This document shows, piece by piece, positions 13,166-26,630 of a stretch of DNA of 64,000 bases. The notes below the pieces were generated by a model. It did not search any database. It had not been told where the DNA came from and saw nothing but the letters and a program-made list of their open reading frames with translations. This DNA comes from Lama glama (Eukaryota): NCBI GenBank assembly GCA_028534125.1, contig CM052817.1, positions 7,504,001-7,568,000 on the forward strand, read 5' to 3'. The position numbers and the translations under genes are program-made. Numbering within the stretch: position 1 is the first letter of the stretch; the number at the start of each line of letters is the position of its first letter.

Positions 13166-13646
13166 TCATTTAAACAGGAAACTTGTATCTTACACAAAAC
13201 TACTTAAAATTCTGTGAAATTGAGCAGAACACATTCCTAACCTCCACTTGCATCAAATTCTATCAAACTAGTCAAGACAGCAGCTGCATGGAGCCTGAAG
13301 GGGGATGTCCACCATTTAGGCAAAATTTAACATCACTCGGGCAAGGTGTTATTGGTCTGTGGCAAAAACTGCAATGAGTCAGCTAGTGCCTGTGCTCAGG
13401 GAGAGATGAGCATTAATATAGGGGGTAGGTCTCCTGGAAACAGGAGATGGCAGAGGGTGGAAAACACACTAGACTGGTTATTAAGAGCTTTGAAGTTTCC
13501 CGGACCTAGCTTTAAACCCTAGTTTCATCATCTGTCAGCTCTTTGACCTTAGGAAGGATACTCAACATCTTTGCTCTCATTCTAAAGTGTGAGAAATTAT
13601 GCAAAATTTAAAATGTATTATACATAATAGCTCTTATATAACAGGC

Positions 13647-14183
13647 TGTTATGGGGTGAACTGTGTTCTCCTGAAATTCATATGTTAAATTCCTAACCAG
13701 CAGTACCTCTAAATGTGTCTGAATCTGTAAGGTCTTTAAGGATGTAATTGAGTTGAAATGAGGTCCTTAGGGTGGCCGTAATCTGGTTAGTGTGCTTATG
13801 TAGTTAACCTTTAATGAAAAAGAATATGAGAGTGAATACATGTATGTATATGTATGACTGAAACACTATTCTGTACACTAGAAATTGACACATTGTAACT
13901 GACTAGATTTCAATTTAAAAATCCATACATGAAATTATGCAACTAATTTTTTTTAAAAAAAAGAGAGATTAGAACACTGATACAGTCAAAGGGAAGACCA
14001 TATGAAGACACAGGTTGAAGATGGCCACGAACAAGCCAAAGAGAGAGGCCTCAGAAGAAACAGACCCTGCTGAAATCTTGATCTCAGATTTCTAGACCTC
14101 AGCACTGTGAGCAGATGCATTTCTGTTCTTTAAGCCACCTGGTCCGAGGAGCTTTGTCATGGCGGCCCTAAGAAACTAATATA
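13647..14183 (+). mobile_element. MaLR solo LTR, MLT1B-like, nested in a MIR and itself interrupted by an L1 tail
   Basis: tgttatggggtgaactgtgttc...aagatggccac...aggcctcagaagaaac...taagccacc...aaactaatata; MIR-like sequence at ~13460-13640 and ~14185-14240. Confidence 0.85.
13800..13962 (+). mobile_element. Young L1 3' tail inside MLT1B
   Basis: taatgaaaaagaatatg...gtatgactgaaacactattctgtacactagaaattgacacattgtaactgact. Confidence 0.85.
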
Positions 14184-15269
14184 ACATCTCAAGCACCACA
14201 CCTAGTACACAGTAGGCTTCTAATACATGGCAGTTATCTTCATTTACATATTAATGTTTATAATCTAGCATGAAAAAATAAATTTTAGGACATATATATG
14301 ATAAATAGCTAGATAAGATTTCTTACTTAAAATCCTCTGGATAAAATTCTTCTCAAATTAACTTCTTGAAGTAACACATATGTTTACCTTGAATATTTGG
14401 TTCAAAGCATTGCCATAGTGATAGAACAGATTTTACTGAACCTTCTTTTTTTTTTTTTGTTAAAGTAAAATTTGGGAAGGTCTCCAAAGCCAAGAGGCCC
14501 AGCCAGGTATGCAGGTGAAAGCAGTGCCAAGCTCTTCTTGCCAGAAGAAGCCAGTGCTGCTCTGCCAGCAGAAGTGGTGGATGGAGAGGTCAGGTCAGTG
14601 CGTAGAGGGAAGAGACTATCGTGGAGAGGTCCAAAGGCATGATGAAGAAAAACAGCACCTCAGACAAAACAACTCAGAAGAGACAGTCCTTGCTCGGACA
14701 CAGCTTCTGCCACACCTTTGGATAAACCGAGGTTCTTCCTGCCTGGGTTCCCAAGGGGTCCTAGAACCCCATCAACAGTGCGGCACCTGCTGTGGGTCAT
14801 CACTGTGGCCCTGGCCAGTCTGAGCCTGACCAGTGTCCCTGCCAGGTAGTTTAAGGCATACACTTTGAAGGCACCCATGGTGTCAGGAACTATGAAATGC
14901 ACTCCTGAGTCCCAGAGAGAAGCAACCAGGTTAAACAAAGCAGTAGGAGACAGAGCTGAGATTCACAGTCAGGTCTTTAAATGTTAAATTCTGCTCTCCA
15001 TGGAGACAGGCTACCACAATCATGGGTGGATGATGAAACATACACAGTATAAATCTGGCATGTGTAAGCTTGATGGTAATAAAAATAAATTCAGTATAGA
15101 AGTTTCCTTCTTAGAGAAGTAGCTGGGAAGAATGAAAGAAATTATATTTGTTCCCTTTTCTTTCAGTTAAAGGAATATAATAATTACCCTTCCCATTCTC
15201 ACGAGATTGTTATCAGGTTTAAGTGAGAAAATGCATGCAAATTACATTGCTTTATTTTAGGAAATATTG

Positions 15270-15490
15270 GAACTGAGTGTAATGACTGGGTTTTGGAGTC
15301 TTTTGATCCTGGCTGGGCATCTGAACCCTACAACCTAAATCTGTAATTATGGGTAAGTTTCTTAGAGTCTCTAAACCTGTGTCCTCATCTGTAAAATGAG
15401 AGTCCTGACAGCTCTTTCACAGGGATTTTTAGGATTAAATGAAAGCATTGATGTAAAATGTCTGGTGTGTAAGTCATGCTCTGTCATTCT
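15270..15490 (+). mobile_element. MIR
   Basis: gggtaagtttcttagagtctctaaacctgtgtcctcatctgtaaaatgag...aggattaaatga. Confidence 0.8.
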
Positions 15491-16566
15491 AATGTCCCAT
15501 CTTCTCTGTATAATTGTTTGGGACTAAGTTTCTGAACTTCATCATTCGCCTAGAAAATATGTCTCCACAAGCTTTTATTTTTTTTTTTAACTTATGTCTT
15601 TTTCTGCCCGCTCTAAAGGCAACTCAGAAATACCATAGTGATCACTAGCATTCTTTGGAGTGACTATTGGAAAATATTAACAGCCACTTTATGGATTCAA
15701 AATTGACCCCAAGAGGTGTTCCAGTATTTTGTTGTGTTATTTGGCTTCATATGTTCCCCACTGCATTTCACTGCCTACCATGTTGGCAAGTGATACGGAA
15801 TAAGGAAAAAATAAATCTGGGGCCAAAGCATATACCGGAATCCATCATTCATTTTAGGTAGCCTGAGGCTGCATCTGTAATGTGCCAAAACAACCAATCT
15901 AGGCAGAAAGAAAATCTTCCAAGCTGCTCATTTGCTATCAGGTATCTAATAATTAACACGATTTGATGAAGACACGGCCTTCATTTTTTTTTAAGTCATC
16001 CTTCCTTTATCTTTGCCTAGATTTTGTAAGGTGATGACAAACTCTGTTGAGTCATAATAAGGAGAAATTTGATAGCAAATTTGATTTCCATTATCTAAGT
16101 TTTTTAACTGGTTGACTTAAGAGAACCTGATAATTTCACTTGTGTGTGTTTATTAAGGATTTAATGTGGAGCCACAGTCTAATCATTTCCAACATGAATT
16201 TAGCTATGTTACAGTAAATCAGGGAAATGAAGCACGCTACATAAATTTCATTACTATTAAAATAAAGGTCACGTTCAAAGAAGAGGGGGGTGTCAGCTGG
16301 AAATTAATGCCTGGTTTTAAATGTATAGGGATTAAAAATTTAAATTGCACAGCTCAATTCTGTTAATATTGAAATGCATAATTTGAAACACTGGCAGACT
16401 CAATAAAGAGGATTCAAATGAAGGAGTCAAAGTTTTAAAGTTTCTTTCAACTGATTGCGGATATAAATCACTTGGGAAGGTTCTTAATCATGCAGATTCC
16501 TGGACCCCATCCTGAAGATTCCGATTCAGTAATTTGGGGTAAGGGGCGTTGATAAAAGCTCCCAGG

Positions 16567-16890
16567 TTGTATGAGCTGTTTGTATATTCTGGAAATTAAG
16601 CCCTTCTCAGTCGCATGGTTTGCAAATAAAATTTATGGTTAGTGGAGGGGAAGGGAGTGGGAGGGGATAATTGGAAGTTTGAGATTTGTAGATACTAACT
16701 ATTCTATATAAAATAGATAAAAAACAAGGTCCTACTGTACAGCACAGGTAACTCTATTCAATATCTTATAGTAACATATAATGAAAAAAATATGAAAAGG
16801 AATATATGCATGTATGTGTATGACTGAAACATTATGCTCTACACCAGAAACTGACACAACATCATACACTGACTATACTTCAATAAAAAA
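16567..16890 (+). mobile_element. Young L1 3' end with inverted 5' segment, inserted in a MER5A-like fragment
   Basis: 16567-16627 antisense ORF2 piece, 16628-16890 sense 3'UTR ending cttcaataaaaaa; degenerate TSD aaaagctcccagg / agaaacttccagg. Confidence 0.8.
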
Positions 16891-17828
16891 GAAACTTCCA
16901 GGGGTTTCTGAGTCTCACAATTATAAATTAAATTGCTGTGTACTCACCTGACTTGCTTCCTGGTCTCTACTCTAACCTCCACCAGTATCTTGAGACCTTA
17001 GTTGCTTCCTGCCTCAGACTCTTGTAACAAACCCTGCCCTTCGTTGTAGGGATTAAAAAGGCTTCCTATCTGTAGCTCTGGTTCTTAAATATCAAATCAC
17101 CTTTGTGCTTGGTGTCAAATACAAATAAATCCAGGCTTGTGTAAAGAGGAACTTTATTCAAAAAGATTATTGCAAGAGGGCAGGAAAGAAAAACATCAAG
17201 TAGAAGAAAATTTTTATTGCTGTTTTTCAATGTTTTTATTTGCCAATCTTTGACCTGGTAACCCATTCCACAATTTTTGAGTGTCTACTGTATTCCTGAA
17301 ACTGCCTTTAATTCAGGAGATGCAAGTGTCACTGAGATGAAGAATATTGTAGCCTAGCAGGAGAGACAGATATGTAAACAAAGTAGAAAAAAAAAAGCAA
17401 TGCATTTTATAATTGAAGAATGTGCAGGCTGATCTGGAGAGCAGGAAGGGAAACTGCCTTTTCTTTCTTTTCCTTTATCTAGGTGAACTAGAGAGGAAAT
17501 ATCCATTTGTTAAAACTTTTGGTGCCTCATTCTCCAGTCCACACTCCTCTCCAAGTATTGTGAGCTTGAGAAGGGACCCAGGGAAAGTTTTCTCACTTTA
17601 ATAGACCATGTTCCCTGTTCTTCTTGTGGCCTTGTGATCACCTTCTTGGTAAGGTCTGGGAACTCAGAGGGAGGTTTACAGTTCCCCAGTCCTACCCAGC
17701 AATGAATGGGTTAGTCACCCTAATTCTGGGGATAGCATTAGAACATCAGACCCATTGCTGGAAAGTCCCTTATCAGTTCTAGCAATAGAATATCTGTTAT
17801 TTTTAAAAAGCTCTCTTTCTACTGTATC

Positions 17829-18037
17829 CCTGGTGTGCTGGTGTTTAACAGTTCCTGCTCTCTGGTGGGAAAAAAGCTGACTTGCAGCATTTAAAGATAT
17901 TTTTTCTTTTTTGGTGTAAATTTCTCTACCATGGTTGAAATCAAGGTACCAACAAAAAGTCACTGACAGTAGCATTGGGTGAGATGTATACAATCAGTTC
18001 TCACTACCTCATCAGAACCAGCTCCAATACATCATTG
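17829..18037 (-). mobile_element. MER63A-like hAT MITE
   Basis: tggtgtgctggtgtttaaca ... aaccagctccaatacatcattg terminal inverted repeats; ccatggttgaaatcaaggtaccaac core. Confidence 0.75.
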
Positions 18038-18717
18038 TCTGAGACACTGACCTCTGGATGAGGGACTCTAGAATTTATCCTCTGAACACCAGAGGAGAAA
18101 GAGGATGTTATCTATCAGGACTTCGGAATTTCCAACTGGAGCATTTCACTAAGTTTCAAAGGTCACAAAGAGCATTAAGTTGGATGTGCAGCTTCAATTA
18201 TCTAGCAGATTGCTTGGGATACAAGAAGGGAGGGCACTCAAGGAACGGGGAGTGATATGTGCAAAGACACATAGGCTTAAAAGATTCAAATGGGGGCAAT
18301 TCAGTCGGACTAGAATTCAGCACACATATAGGGCAACAGTGAGGGATGAAACTGTAAAGATGAGCTTCAGTTTTGCTTATGAAAAGTTTGCATGCCATGT
18401 GGAATAAGGAGAAAACATTTTTTCTTTGAATTTTATTAATATCTAATACCAGAATTATTGGTAAGCTGAGACTTCTCATCATGAAGAAAAATAACAACCT
18501 AGAAATCATAACAAGTCTAGGATGTGCTGATCTGAAGGCATTAGAGAATAGCACAGCATTAATCCCCTCCCTCCCGACAGTGTGAATGGTGTGTGTGGCT
18601 CTACAGGAGGTGGGGCAGATGAGAAGATCAGGGGAAAAATGAGGTGTGAGACAGTGACGAAGAAAAAAAAGGAACCTAGGAAGATGATGGTTAAAAAAGA
18701 CAGAGAGATCCTATAAT

Positions 18718-19235
18718 TGTTACTGAATCCAAACTTGTTCTGCTCATTGCACAACAGACCAATAAATCGGGAAATAAGGTGTTGGGGCAAAAAATAATGA
18801 CTTTATTTGGAAAGCCAGCAGACCGAGAAGATGGGGGACTAATGTCTTAGAGAACCATCTTCCCCAAGTCAGAATTCACACTCCTTTTACACTAAAAAGG
18901 GGAGGGGCTGTGGTTGGTTGTTGCAAACTTCTTGGGGTCAGAATCCTTTGTTCTTGCAGTCGTCCATGTAGGTCAGGTCATGATGTTCCTGTAAACCTCC
19001 AACAAAACAAATGTTATTCTCTGTTCTGCAACTTTTTATCTCTATATGAATGGAAAACAGTTATACCCTTAAAGTTCAGAGTTTGAGAATGGGCTGTCCT
19101 GTATATTTCAGGTCATAGGCAACATTATTTTACAAAAGATGCAGAACCAGCATGACTCAGCCCAGGCGACAGAGCACAGGGTTAGAGCCAAAGGGCAGAT
19201 CTGATAAGGAGCCAGATTTGTTCTTCCCTATTACA
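18718..19235 (-). mobile_element. ERV1-class solo LTR (cetartiodactyl-type), copy A
   Basis: TG...CA termini, 4-bp TSD TAAT (18714-18717, 19236-19239), AATAAA on minus strand. Confidence 0.9.
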
Positions 19236-19279
19236 TAATGGGAATGTCAGTAACAACAGTGATGCCTACAACCCAATAG

Positions 19280-19500
19280 GAGCAAACCTTTTGGAACACT
19301 TACCATGGACCAGATGCCATTACCAACAAATGCTTTACATGCATTAACACTTCTACACCTCACAATTACCCTAGGACATTAATGTTTCTACTTATGCCTA
19401 TTTTCCAACTGAGGAATGTACGGATAAGTTAAAGAACTTCAAGATTATCTAAATGGCATGTACTGGGGCATGGATTCAACACCAGTCAGTGGATACACTT
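19280..19500 (-). mobile_element. MIR
   Basis: tgctttacatgcattaac...cctcacaattaccct...ggattcaacacc. Confidence 0.75.
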
Positions 19501-20476
19501 GGCCACTTATTGTACTATATTGCTCCTTGAGAAGAATGTTGGGGGAACTATGTCCACTACAGATTTTATTTTGCTTGAAATGAGGTGTGTGCGTGCACCC
19601 AGTTTCTCCACACAGCCCACTCCACTCCAGAGTTCTTTATACCAATAAATATACTAGTAGTTTGCTTGCTTGTTGGTTTGTTTCTGCGGAAACTAATGTA
19701 GAGGCGGAGTTGACACTGAAAGCCGGAGACTGCTTTTAAGAGACAGTCAGAGGAGGAAGACGAAGATGCACTGAAAACAATAGTTTCCCTCACCTTGGAA
19801 ATTTACCAGAAAAATCAAGGCATTTTGATGTTTGTGGATCATGAAACACAGGTGTTCTTATTTTAATCTGAAGAAGCAGAGGGAACCCAGCAGACATCTG
19901 GGTACACACACTGCAATTTAGATCTCATCTTGCAGCTGCTGAGAAGACATCAGTTGCTCCCAGCATAGGAGTCTTTTGATCAGATCTACAGTTCAGAGTA
20001 CGTACCAGGATGGAATGAGGGACCATGAGGGAAGATTGTCTGAATAAGAATAGAACTGTGGAGCTGGACTCAGGAGATTTTTTTCCGAGGAATTATGAAC
20101 AAAATATTTTGAGGAACTAAATCAGGGTAGTAGCAGCAAGAATGTTTAGCGGAGACAGGATTCAGAAAAAGAGTAGTAGAGAAAATAAAGGAATTTTATT
20201 AATTATTGGTTTTAGGAAATTAGAGGATCATCTCAATATAATACCTGGCTTCAACAACTGGCCAGTCGATAGCAACTCCTCCAAGGCAAGGAAAAGATAA
20301 ATGTGAAGTAAGGAAATAAGTTAGATTTTGAAATGTAGAAATGTGGGTCCTGTGAAAATTCCAAGAGAAAAAATATCTAGTAGATAATTTAATATATAGG
20401 GATGAAGATACAGATTGGGGTCCTCAGAAGTAAAATTTAAGTTTATCAGTATTGAAAGAATCCGTGGGCATACATT

Positions 20477-20680
20477 CTGTGGCTTCCAATATGGTAGCCA
20501 CTAGCCACATGTGGCTATAGAGCAGTTAAAAAAATACTCAGTTCAGCTAAGAAACAGAATTTTACATTTTATTTAATTTAATTAATTTACTTTTAATTTG
20601 CCACACATGGCCAGTGGCTATCATATTAAACAAAAGATAGCTTTTCCATTATCACAGAAAGTTAGACTGGCAGCAGTGGA
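20477..20680. mobile_element. MER3-like hAT-Charlie MITE inside L2 remnants
   Basis: ccaatatggtagccactagccacatgtggcta...gccacacatggccagtggctatcatatt internal inverted repeats. Confidence 0.85.
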
Positions 20681-21167
20681 TTAGATCTCTTGAGGACAGC
20701 AAATAGGGAAAAGGACTCGGAATTTAACTCTCGGGGACCCAACCAATTAAATCAAATTAGGATCTTAATTGTTAGAAATAAAAACTATGCTTGTTTCTTA
20801 GTCCTATTAACTCCATCAGTTCCTTATTTTACCATGCCCTAGTCTGACTCCTCACAATCTAACCAATATCCTATTTTCTCCAAGTTGGAGACCCTGCTTT
20901 GCTCTGGCCAGTCTTCCTGGTGTCCTCCTCTATGCACTGCTCAGTATGGTGTCCCAGCAACTCCATCCAGTCTCTCTGGCTCCAACCCATCCACTCACCT
21001 TAAACTCTGCCAGTTAATTACTCTCTCTGGATCTACTTGCCTGCCTCAGATCCTGACGCCCTACACTGTTATTTGTTTCCCATCACATCAGTCTCTGAAT
21101 GCTGTCTTCTGGTTGCCCAACTACACTCATGTCACAAATAAAGCAAAAAATATTTTAAGACATCTGG

Positions 21168-21663
21168 TGTATTAATCAGAACTGCTGGTCCCAATTCAGA
21201 CAAGCTTACACAAAAGGGGATTTATTGGAAGGAAACAGGAGTATCTCCAAGATGAGCTTAAAAACCAGGCTTCCAAAAAATAGGAGCCAGAGAAAGCTGT
21301 AGACCATGTGACTGGAGTCAGATCCTCTCTTCCACTATTTACAGAATTTTGGGGGGGATATATTGACTCCATCATCTCCTACCATGAGCTGATATTTCCA
21401 TGCAGCAAGGCATGTATGGTCACAGGGGGCTCCCAGTCTCACATCAGCATAAAGTCATCACACCAACGGAGACATCTCTCTTGCAGTCTTGGTGTGGCAA
21501 ATTCTAGGCACGATTTCTCCTTGACCTGTGCTGAGTCAGATGCAGTCATGCTGGACAAGGAGGTGAAATGGGGCAGGTCTTTTTTGAAACATATTTTAAA
21601 GAAGCAGTTCACAGAAGAAGTAGAATTGACTCAGGAAAGGTGAATCAATGAGCATTCACCACA
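21168..21663 (-). mobile_element. Old MaLR LTR (MLT1K/L-like)
   Basis: tgtattaatcagaact...aaaggggatttattggaagga...ccaca. Confidence 0.55.
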
Positions 21664-22666
21664 TCTAGAATATATTGTTGGCGTTCAACAATTGGTGGCA
21701 TAATACGGGCAATATTTTGAGAACTTCATGATCTTACTAAATTATTAAGACCCTGATCAGTGCTCCTTGCTCTAATGTCAGTACATTTACCATAACTAAG
21801 TTGATTAAATATTACCAGATATCATGATTAAGAAAGAGCTATCAATAATCTATCTTAAAAATAGTGTTGGAAATTTGGGATGGAAACAGCCTGAGATTAC
21901 CTCTGTTCCCCACTGAATTATAACCAGTAAGAAGAGATGAGAATAGCAATCAAATACAGTTCAAGGTCTCATGTTTACTAATGGTTTAAAAAGAATCCAT
22001 TCACTTCCAAATGTATAGAGTCTGACGAATTTTATCAGGGGACAAGCCTTCAGCATGAAAACAAAGATACATTTTCACTCCCAGATCTGAAGCGGATAGG
22101 TGCATTGTACAAATCTTACGTACCCTCTGCATGAATTAAATACTGCCAAACAGCAGAGAGTCTGGGTAAACTGATCATAGTAACAGGGGGGAAAAAATGT
22201 AAGCCCAAACAAGAAACCACGGAAGTGTGGACCTCCACTGAGTCTGAGTTCAGGCCAGTGTAAAAGGTCAGGAAACAGAAGACAGCCTTTCTGCACGATC
22301 TCTAGTCTCTACTGAAGTCCATCCCAATGCAAGCCAGGATAGTTACTCCTCCTGCCTTGGGGAACAGAGAGAAGCAATGCGTCTCCCACAGACCTTCCCT
22401 GTAAGGCAGATGGAATGCCAGACGTTTCTTCCTTTACACTGTGATGTAGAGATTCAGGAGAGAAGGAGAAGGCTTTCCCCTAAGCATGTTTTTGGCATTG
22501 ACTTTTATCTTAAATGATTGAAGAACTCCTGACCCCATGTTCCCATCATCTTCTTTCCAACCAGTTCAGGATATTCCCATTGATGCCTCTCCTGCCCCCT
22601 CCAGAGCAATCTACCTGAATTACTTCAAGGAACCCTTGTAGTATATGCCAAATGTTGAGACACCCT

Positions 22667-22706
22667 CTTCTGCCTGGTCTCTTCCACTTCTGCCTGGTCT
22701 CTTCCA
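22667..22706. repeat. Perfect 20-bp tandem duplication (cttctgcctggtctcttcca)x2
   Basis: Read directly. Confidence 0.95.
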
Positions 22707-23114
22707 CCAAAACAATCTAGCTCACATCACAGTGCAAACCAATGCCACGTTCTCCTATGGCACAGTCCAGTGTGCCCCAAATGCCATCCAATAAAGTGTG
22801 TGTCTTTTCTCTTTGTTCTTACTTATCTTACTCATTACATGATCCAAGAAGCAGAATTGCCTCTTGCTCCTAAAGGCTTATCTAAATTTGCAGCCTTCCA
22901 CCACAGAAAGGAAAGACAGCACTAGGACTTTTTGGAAAAAGGTTCTAACTGCATCTTGGGAACAGCAGTCAGAGCTCAAGCAACTATCACTTACTTCCAG
23001 TTTTTAACAATCGTAAATTCACCTCCCTGGTAATGGGGTTCTGCTTTCAAAAACTGCCATCCCAATTTAGTCTGAGGGTGAAACCTAGACTCTAAAGAGG
23101 TGATTCTAAATGCA

Positions 23115-23478
23115 TGTGTCAGTTAGTTCATTCAGACTATGGCAACAAAATGCCATACACTAGGTGGTTTATAAAGAACATGAATTTAGTTCTGATAGCT
23201 CTGGAGGCTGGGAAGTCCAAGATCAAGGTGTGGGCAGATTCAGTGTCTGGTAAGAGCCGACTTCCTGTTTTACAGCATTTTCTTGTGTCTTCACATGACA
23301 GAAGGAGACAGGTATCTCTCTGGGGTCTCTTTTATAAGGGCACTAACATTCCATCCATGAGGTCCTGCCTTTATGAATTAATCACCTCCCAGGGGCTCCA
23401 CCTCGGAATACTGTCCTCATGGGATTAGGATGCTAACATATGAACGGAGTGGGGGACACAGATATTTGGTCATTAGCA
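23115..23478 (-). mobile_element. MaLR solo LTR, MLT1A-like, with 5-bp TSD ATGCA
   Basis: ctctggaggctgggaagtccaagatcaaggtg; TSD at 23110-23114 and 23479-23483. Confidence 0.9.
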
Positions 23479-23917
23479 ATGCATTTCTTTGAATTCTGCG
23501 TATGTATATGAATAATTATATATTTTCCCCAAGTTGCTGTGGTAATTGTATATATCTGAAGAGCTTCATTTTTTAATGTTTAGAAGATGTGCATTTTTCA
23601 AGTGAATTAAGAGTCTCTTACGTTTTTGGTATTCATTAGGTATAATGTTTATTCTGTAAAACAGCAACATAAGTAAATACAGGAAACACTAAGAGGTGTA
23701 CTGTGAGTTCTCCGGGGGCAATTGTGAAGTCCAGTGCACATTTTTCCACAGTATTAAGTGATATACTTTCTATAAAAAGAATTTTTTTACTTGAAAAGTG
23801 AATTAAATTGTGGGGCAGAGTTGGTTCAAAACATGAATTACTACATTTTTAAGATTTTTTCAAGTATCTTAAAATAGAATTTTTAATTTTTTATTTTGAT
23901 TACTAATGCAGCTCATG

Positions 23918-24670
23918 CTCATTATGGAAAACAGTATGGAAGCTCCTTAAAAAATTAAAACTGAAACTACCATGTGTTTCAGCAACCTCACTTCTGTGTA
24001 CACATTCAAAGGAAATGAAATCATTATCTCTAAGAGGTATCTGCTACCTGCCCTTCCACATTCACTGCAGTATTATTCATGATAACCAAGATATGGAAAC
24101 AGCCAAATGTTCATTAACAGATAAATGGATAAAGAGGATACAGTATATCTTACTCAGTCATGAGGAAGAAGGAAATCCTGCCACTTGTGACGCCATAGAT
24201 GAAATTGGGGGACATTATGCTAAGGGACATAAGCCAAGTAGAGAAAGCCAATACTGTGTGATTTGACTTTTATGTGAAGTCTATATAAAAACAAAAAGCT
24301 GAACTCGTGAAAACTGAGAGTACAACAGAGGTTACCAGGGGTTGGGGATGAAGGTGGAGGAAATAGAGAAAAGTGAGTGAATCCTTGGTCAAGGATTACA
24401 AGGTTGCAATTACATAGGATGAGTAAATCTGCATATTTAATGGACAGACATGATGGCAATAGTTAATACTGTACTGTATATTTGAAAGTTGCTAAGAGAG
24501 TACATCTTAAGAGTTTTCATCACAAGAGAAAAATTGTAACTGTGAGTGATGGTGGATGTTAACAAGACATATGATGGTGGTCACTTTGGAATATATACAA
24601 ATATTAAATCATTACATTGTATACCTGAAACTCATATAATGCTATATGTCAATTCTATCTCAGTAAAACA
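23918..24670 (+). mobile_element. L1MA/MB ORF2 end and 3'UTR
   Basis: attatggaaaacagtatggaagctccttaaaaaattaaaa...tatacctgaaactcatataatgctatatgtcaattctatctcagtaaa. Confidence 0.9.
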
Positions 24671-25200
24671 GTGTGCTATTGGCATATAAATTGACAGATG
24701 TATGAATGTTACATTATAGAGAACCCAGAAATAGACTCACATATATAAATCAGTTTGATTTTTGGAAAAAGTGCTAAAACAAACAAATGGGGAAAAGAAA
24801 AACTTTTTAGCTAATAATACTGGAACACCTGGATATCTGCATGGAAGAAAAACTGAATGTCCCAAACATCAGTAAAAGTATAGTTACACTTGTTCCTTTT
24901 ATTGAACATATTTCATGTATCTAAAGACAAAAACACTCTAAGCAAATGTTGAACACTGGTTAATAACATGCATTCTGAAGTGTTGGTGGGGAGTGCATAA
25001 GTGTTTACAATTTACATTGAATGCATCAAAAATAAGATGAATTAATGGATGAATGAGATAAATGCATAGATATGTGATAAACAAATGTAATAAAATTCTA
25101 GTGATAGAATCAAGACATGTATTTTGTCTTCATTGTAAAGTTTGATCAACTTTTTTTTTAATATGTTAGACTTTTTTATAATAAAATGTTGGAAAAATTC
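24671..25200 (+). mobile_element. Older L1 fragments (ORF2 piece and L1ME-like 3' end)
   Basis: atagagaacccagaaatagactcacatatata; tttacattgaatgcatcaaaaataagatg...ataataaaatgttggaaaaa. Confidence 0.7.
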
Positions 25201-25630
25201 AATCAGTTTTTCTTTTAGGTGTTTGCTTATTTTTTTCTGATATTCAGCAAAAGTTTTGATCAATAAATGAAGCAGTCTACACACAGGAAAGTTTTCTTAT
25301 ACACTAACTGTTACTGTCATCCATGTGTTCTAGTCATTTCTTCAGTTATTTGTAGATTACACCTTGATTGTTGTCTTCTGCATCTATCACCTTCTCAGTC
25401 ATGACTTTCATCTCCTTATCCATTTTCCTCTAGTCAACTTCGTTATCCAAAGACGATTATTTTATTTTCTGCATTATCAGTTCTTATCCTTCCTGTTCCC
25501 TTTGCCGATTCAAATTTTACTACTTAATGTTTAAATGCAGGCTTTCTTTTGCTTACTCAGTTCTCTTTTCAACTCATCCTGCTTATCAGCCATCATTCTC
25601 TTCAATACCGTGTATTTTTTCCCCTACAAC

Positions 25631-26630
25631 TTTTTTTATATTTTTTATTTATTTTTTCACATTTTTATTGAGTTATAGTCATTTTACAATGTTGTGTCAA
25701 ATTTCATCATAGAGCACAATTTTTCAGTTATACATGAGCTTACATATATTCATTGTCACATTTTTTTTCACTGTGAGCTACCACAAGATCTTGTATATAT
25801 TTCCCTGTGCTATACAGTATAATCTTGTTTATCTATTCTACATATGCCTGTCAGTATCTACAAATTTCAAACTCCTAGCCTGTCCCTTCCCAACCCCTGC
25901 ACCCTTGGCAACCACAAGTTTGTGTTCTATGTCTATGAGTCTTCTGTTCCTGTTTTGTATTTATGTTCTTTTTTTTTTTTTAGATTCCACATATGAGTGA
26001 TCACATATAGTATTTTCCTTTCTCTTTCTAGCTTACTTCACTTAGAATGACATTCACCAGGACATCCAACACTGCAAATGGCATTATGTTGTCATTTTTA
26101 TGGCTGAATAGTATTCCATTGTATAAATATGCCACCTCTTCTTTATCCAGCCATCTGTTAATGGACATTTAGGCTGTTTCCATGTCTTGGCTATTGTAAA
26201 TAATGCTGCTATGAAAATTGGGGTGCAGGTGTCTTTTTGAATTAGGGTTCCTTCTGGACATATGCCCAGGAGCAGGATTACTGGGTCATATGGTAACTCT
26301 ATTTCTAGTCTTTTGAGGAATCTCCGCACTGTTTTCCTCAGTGGCTGCACCAAACTGCATTCCCACCAGCAGTGTAGGAGGGTTCCCTTTGCTCTACAGC
26401 CTCTCCAGCATTTGTCATTTGTGGACTTTTGAATGATGGCCATTCTGACTGGTGTGAGGTGACACCTCATTGTAGTTTTGATTTGCATTTCTTTGATAAT
26501 TAGTGATATTGAGCATTTTTTCATGTGCCTATTGATCATTTGTATTTCTTCCTTAGAGAATTGCTTCTTTAGATCTTCTGCCCATTTTTGGATTGGGTTT
26601 TTGTTTTTTTCTTATTATGTCATATGAGCT
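25631..26630 (-). mobile_element. Young lineage-specific L1, ~1 kb 5'-truncated (ORF2 C-terminus plus 3'UTR and poly-A)
   Basis: ORF 26084-26539 [32 protein letters not shown]...TLLHCWWEC...[10 protein letters not shown] is L1 ORF2p C-terminal region. Confidence 0.97.

Noticed and set aside
14446..14900. Poly-T followed by unique-looking sequence, possible processed pseudogene
   Set aside because: No polyadenylation signal, TSD or recognisable protein; may be an old LTR
26084..26539. 151-aa ORF as a host gene
   Set aside because: C-terminal fragment of L1 ORF2p in a 5'-truncated copy
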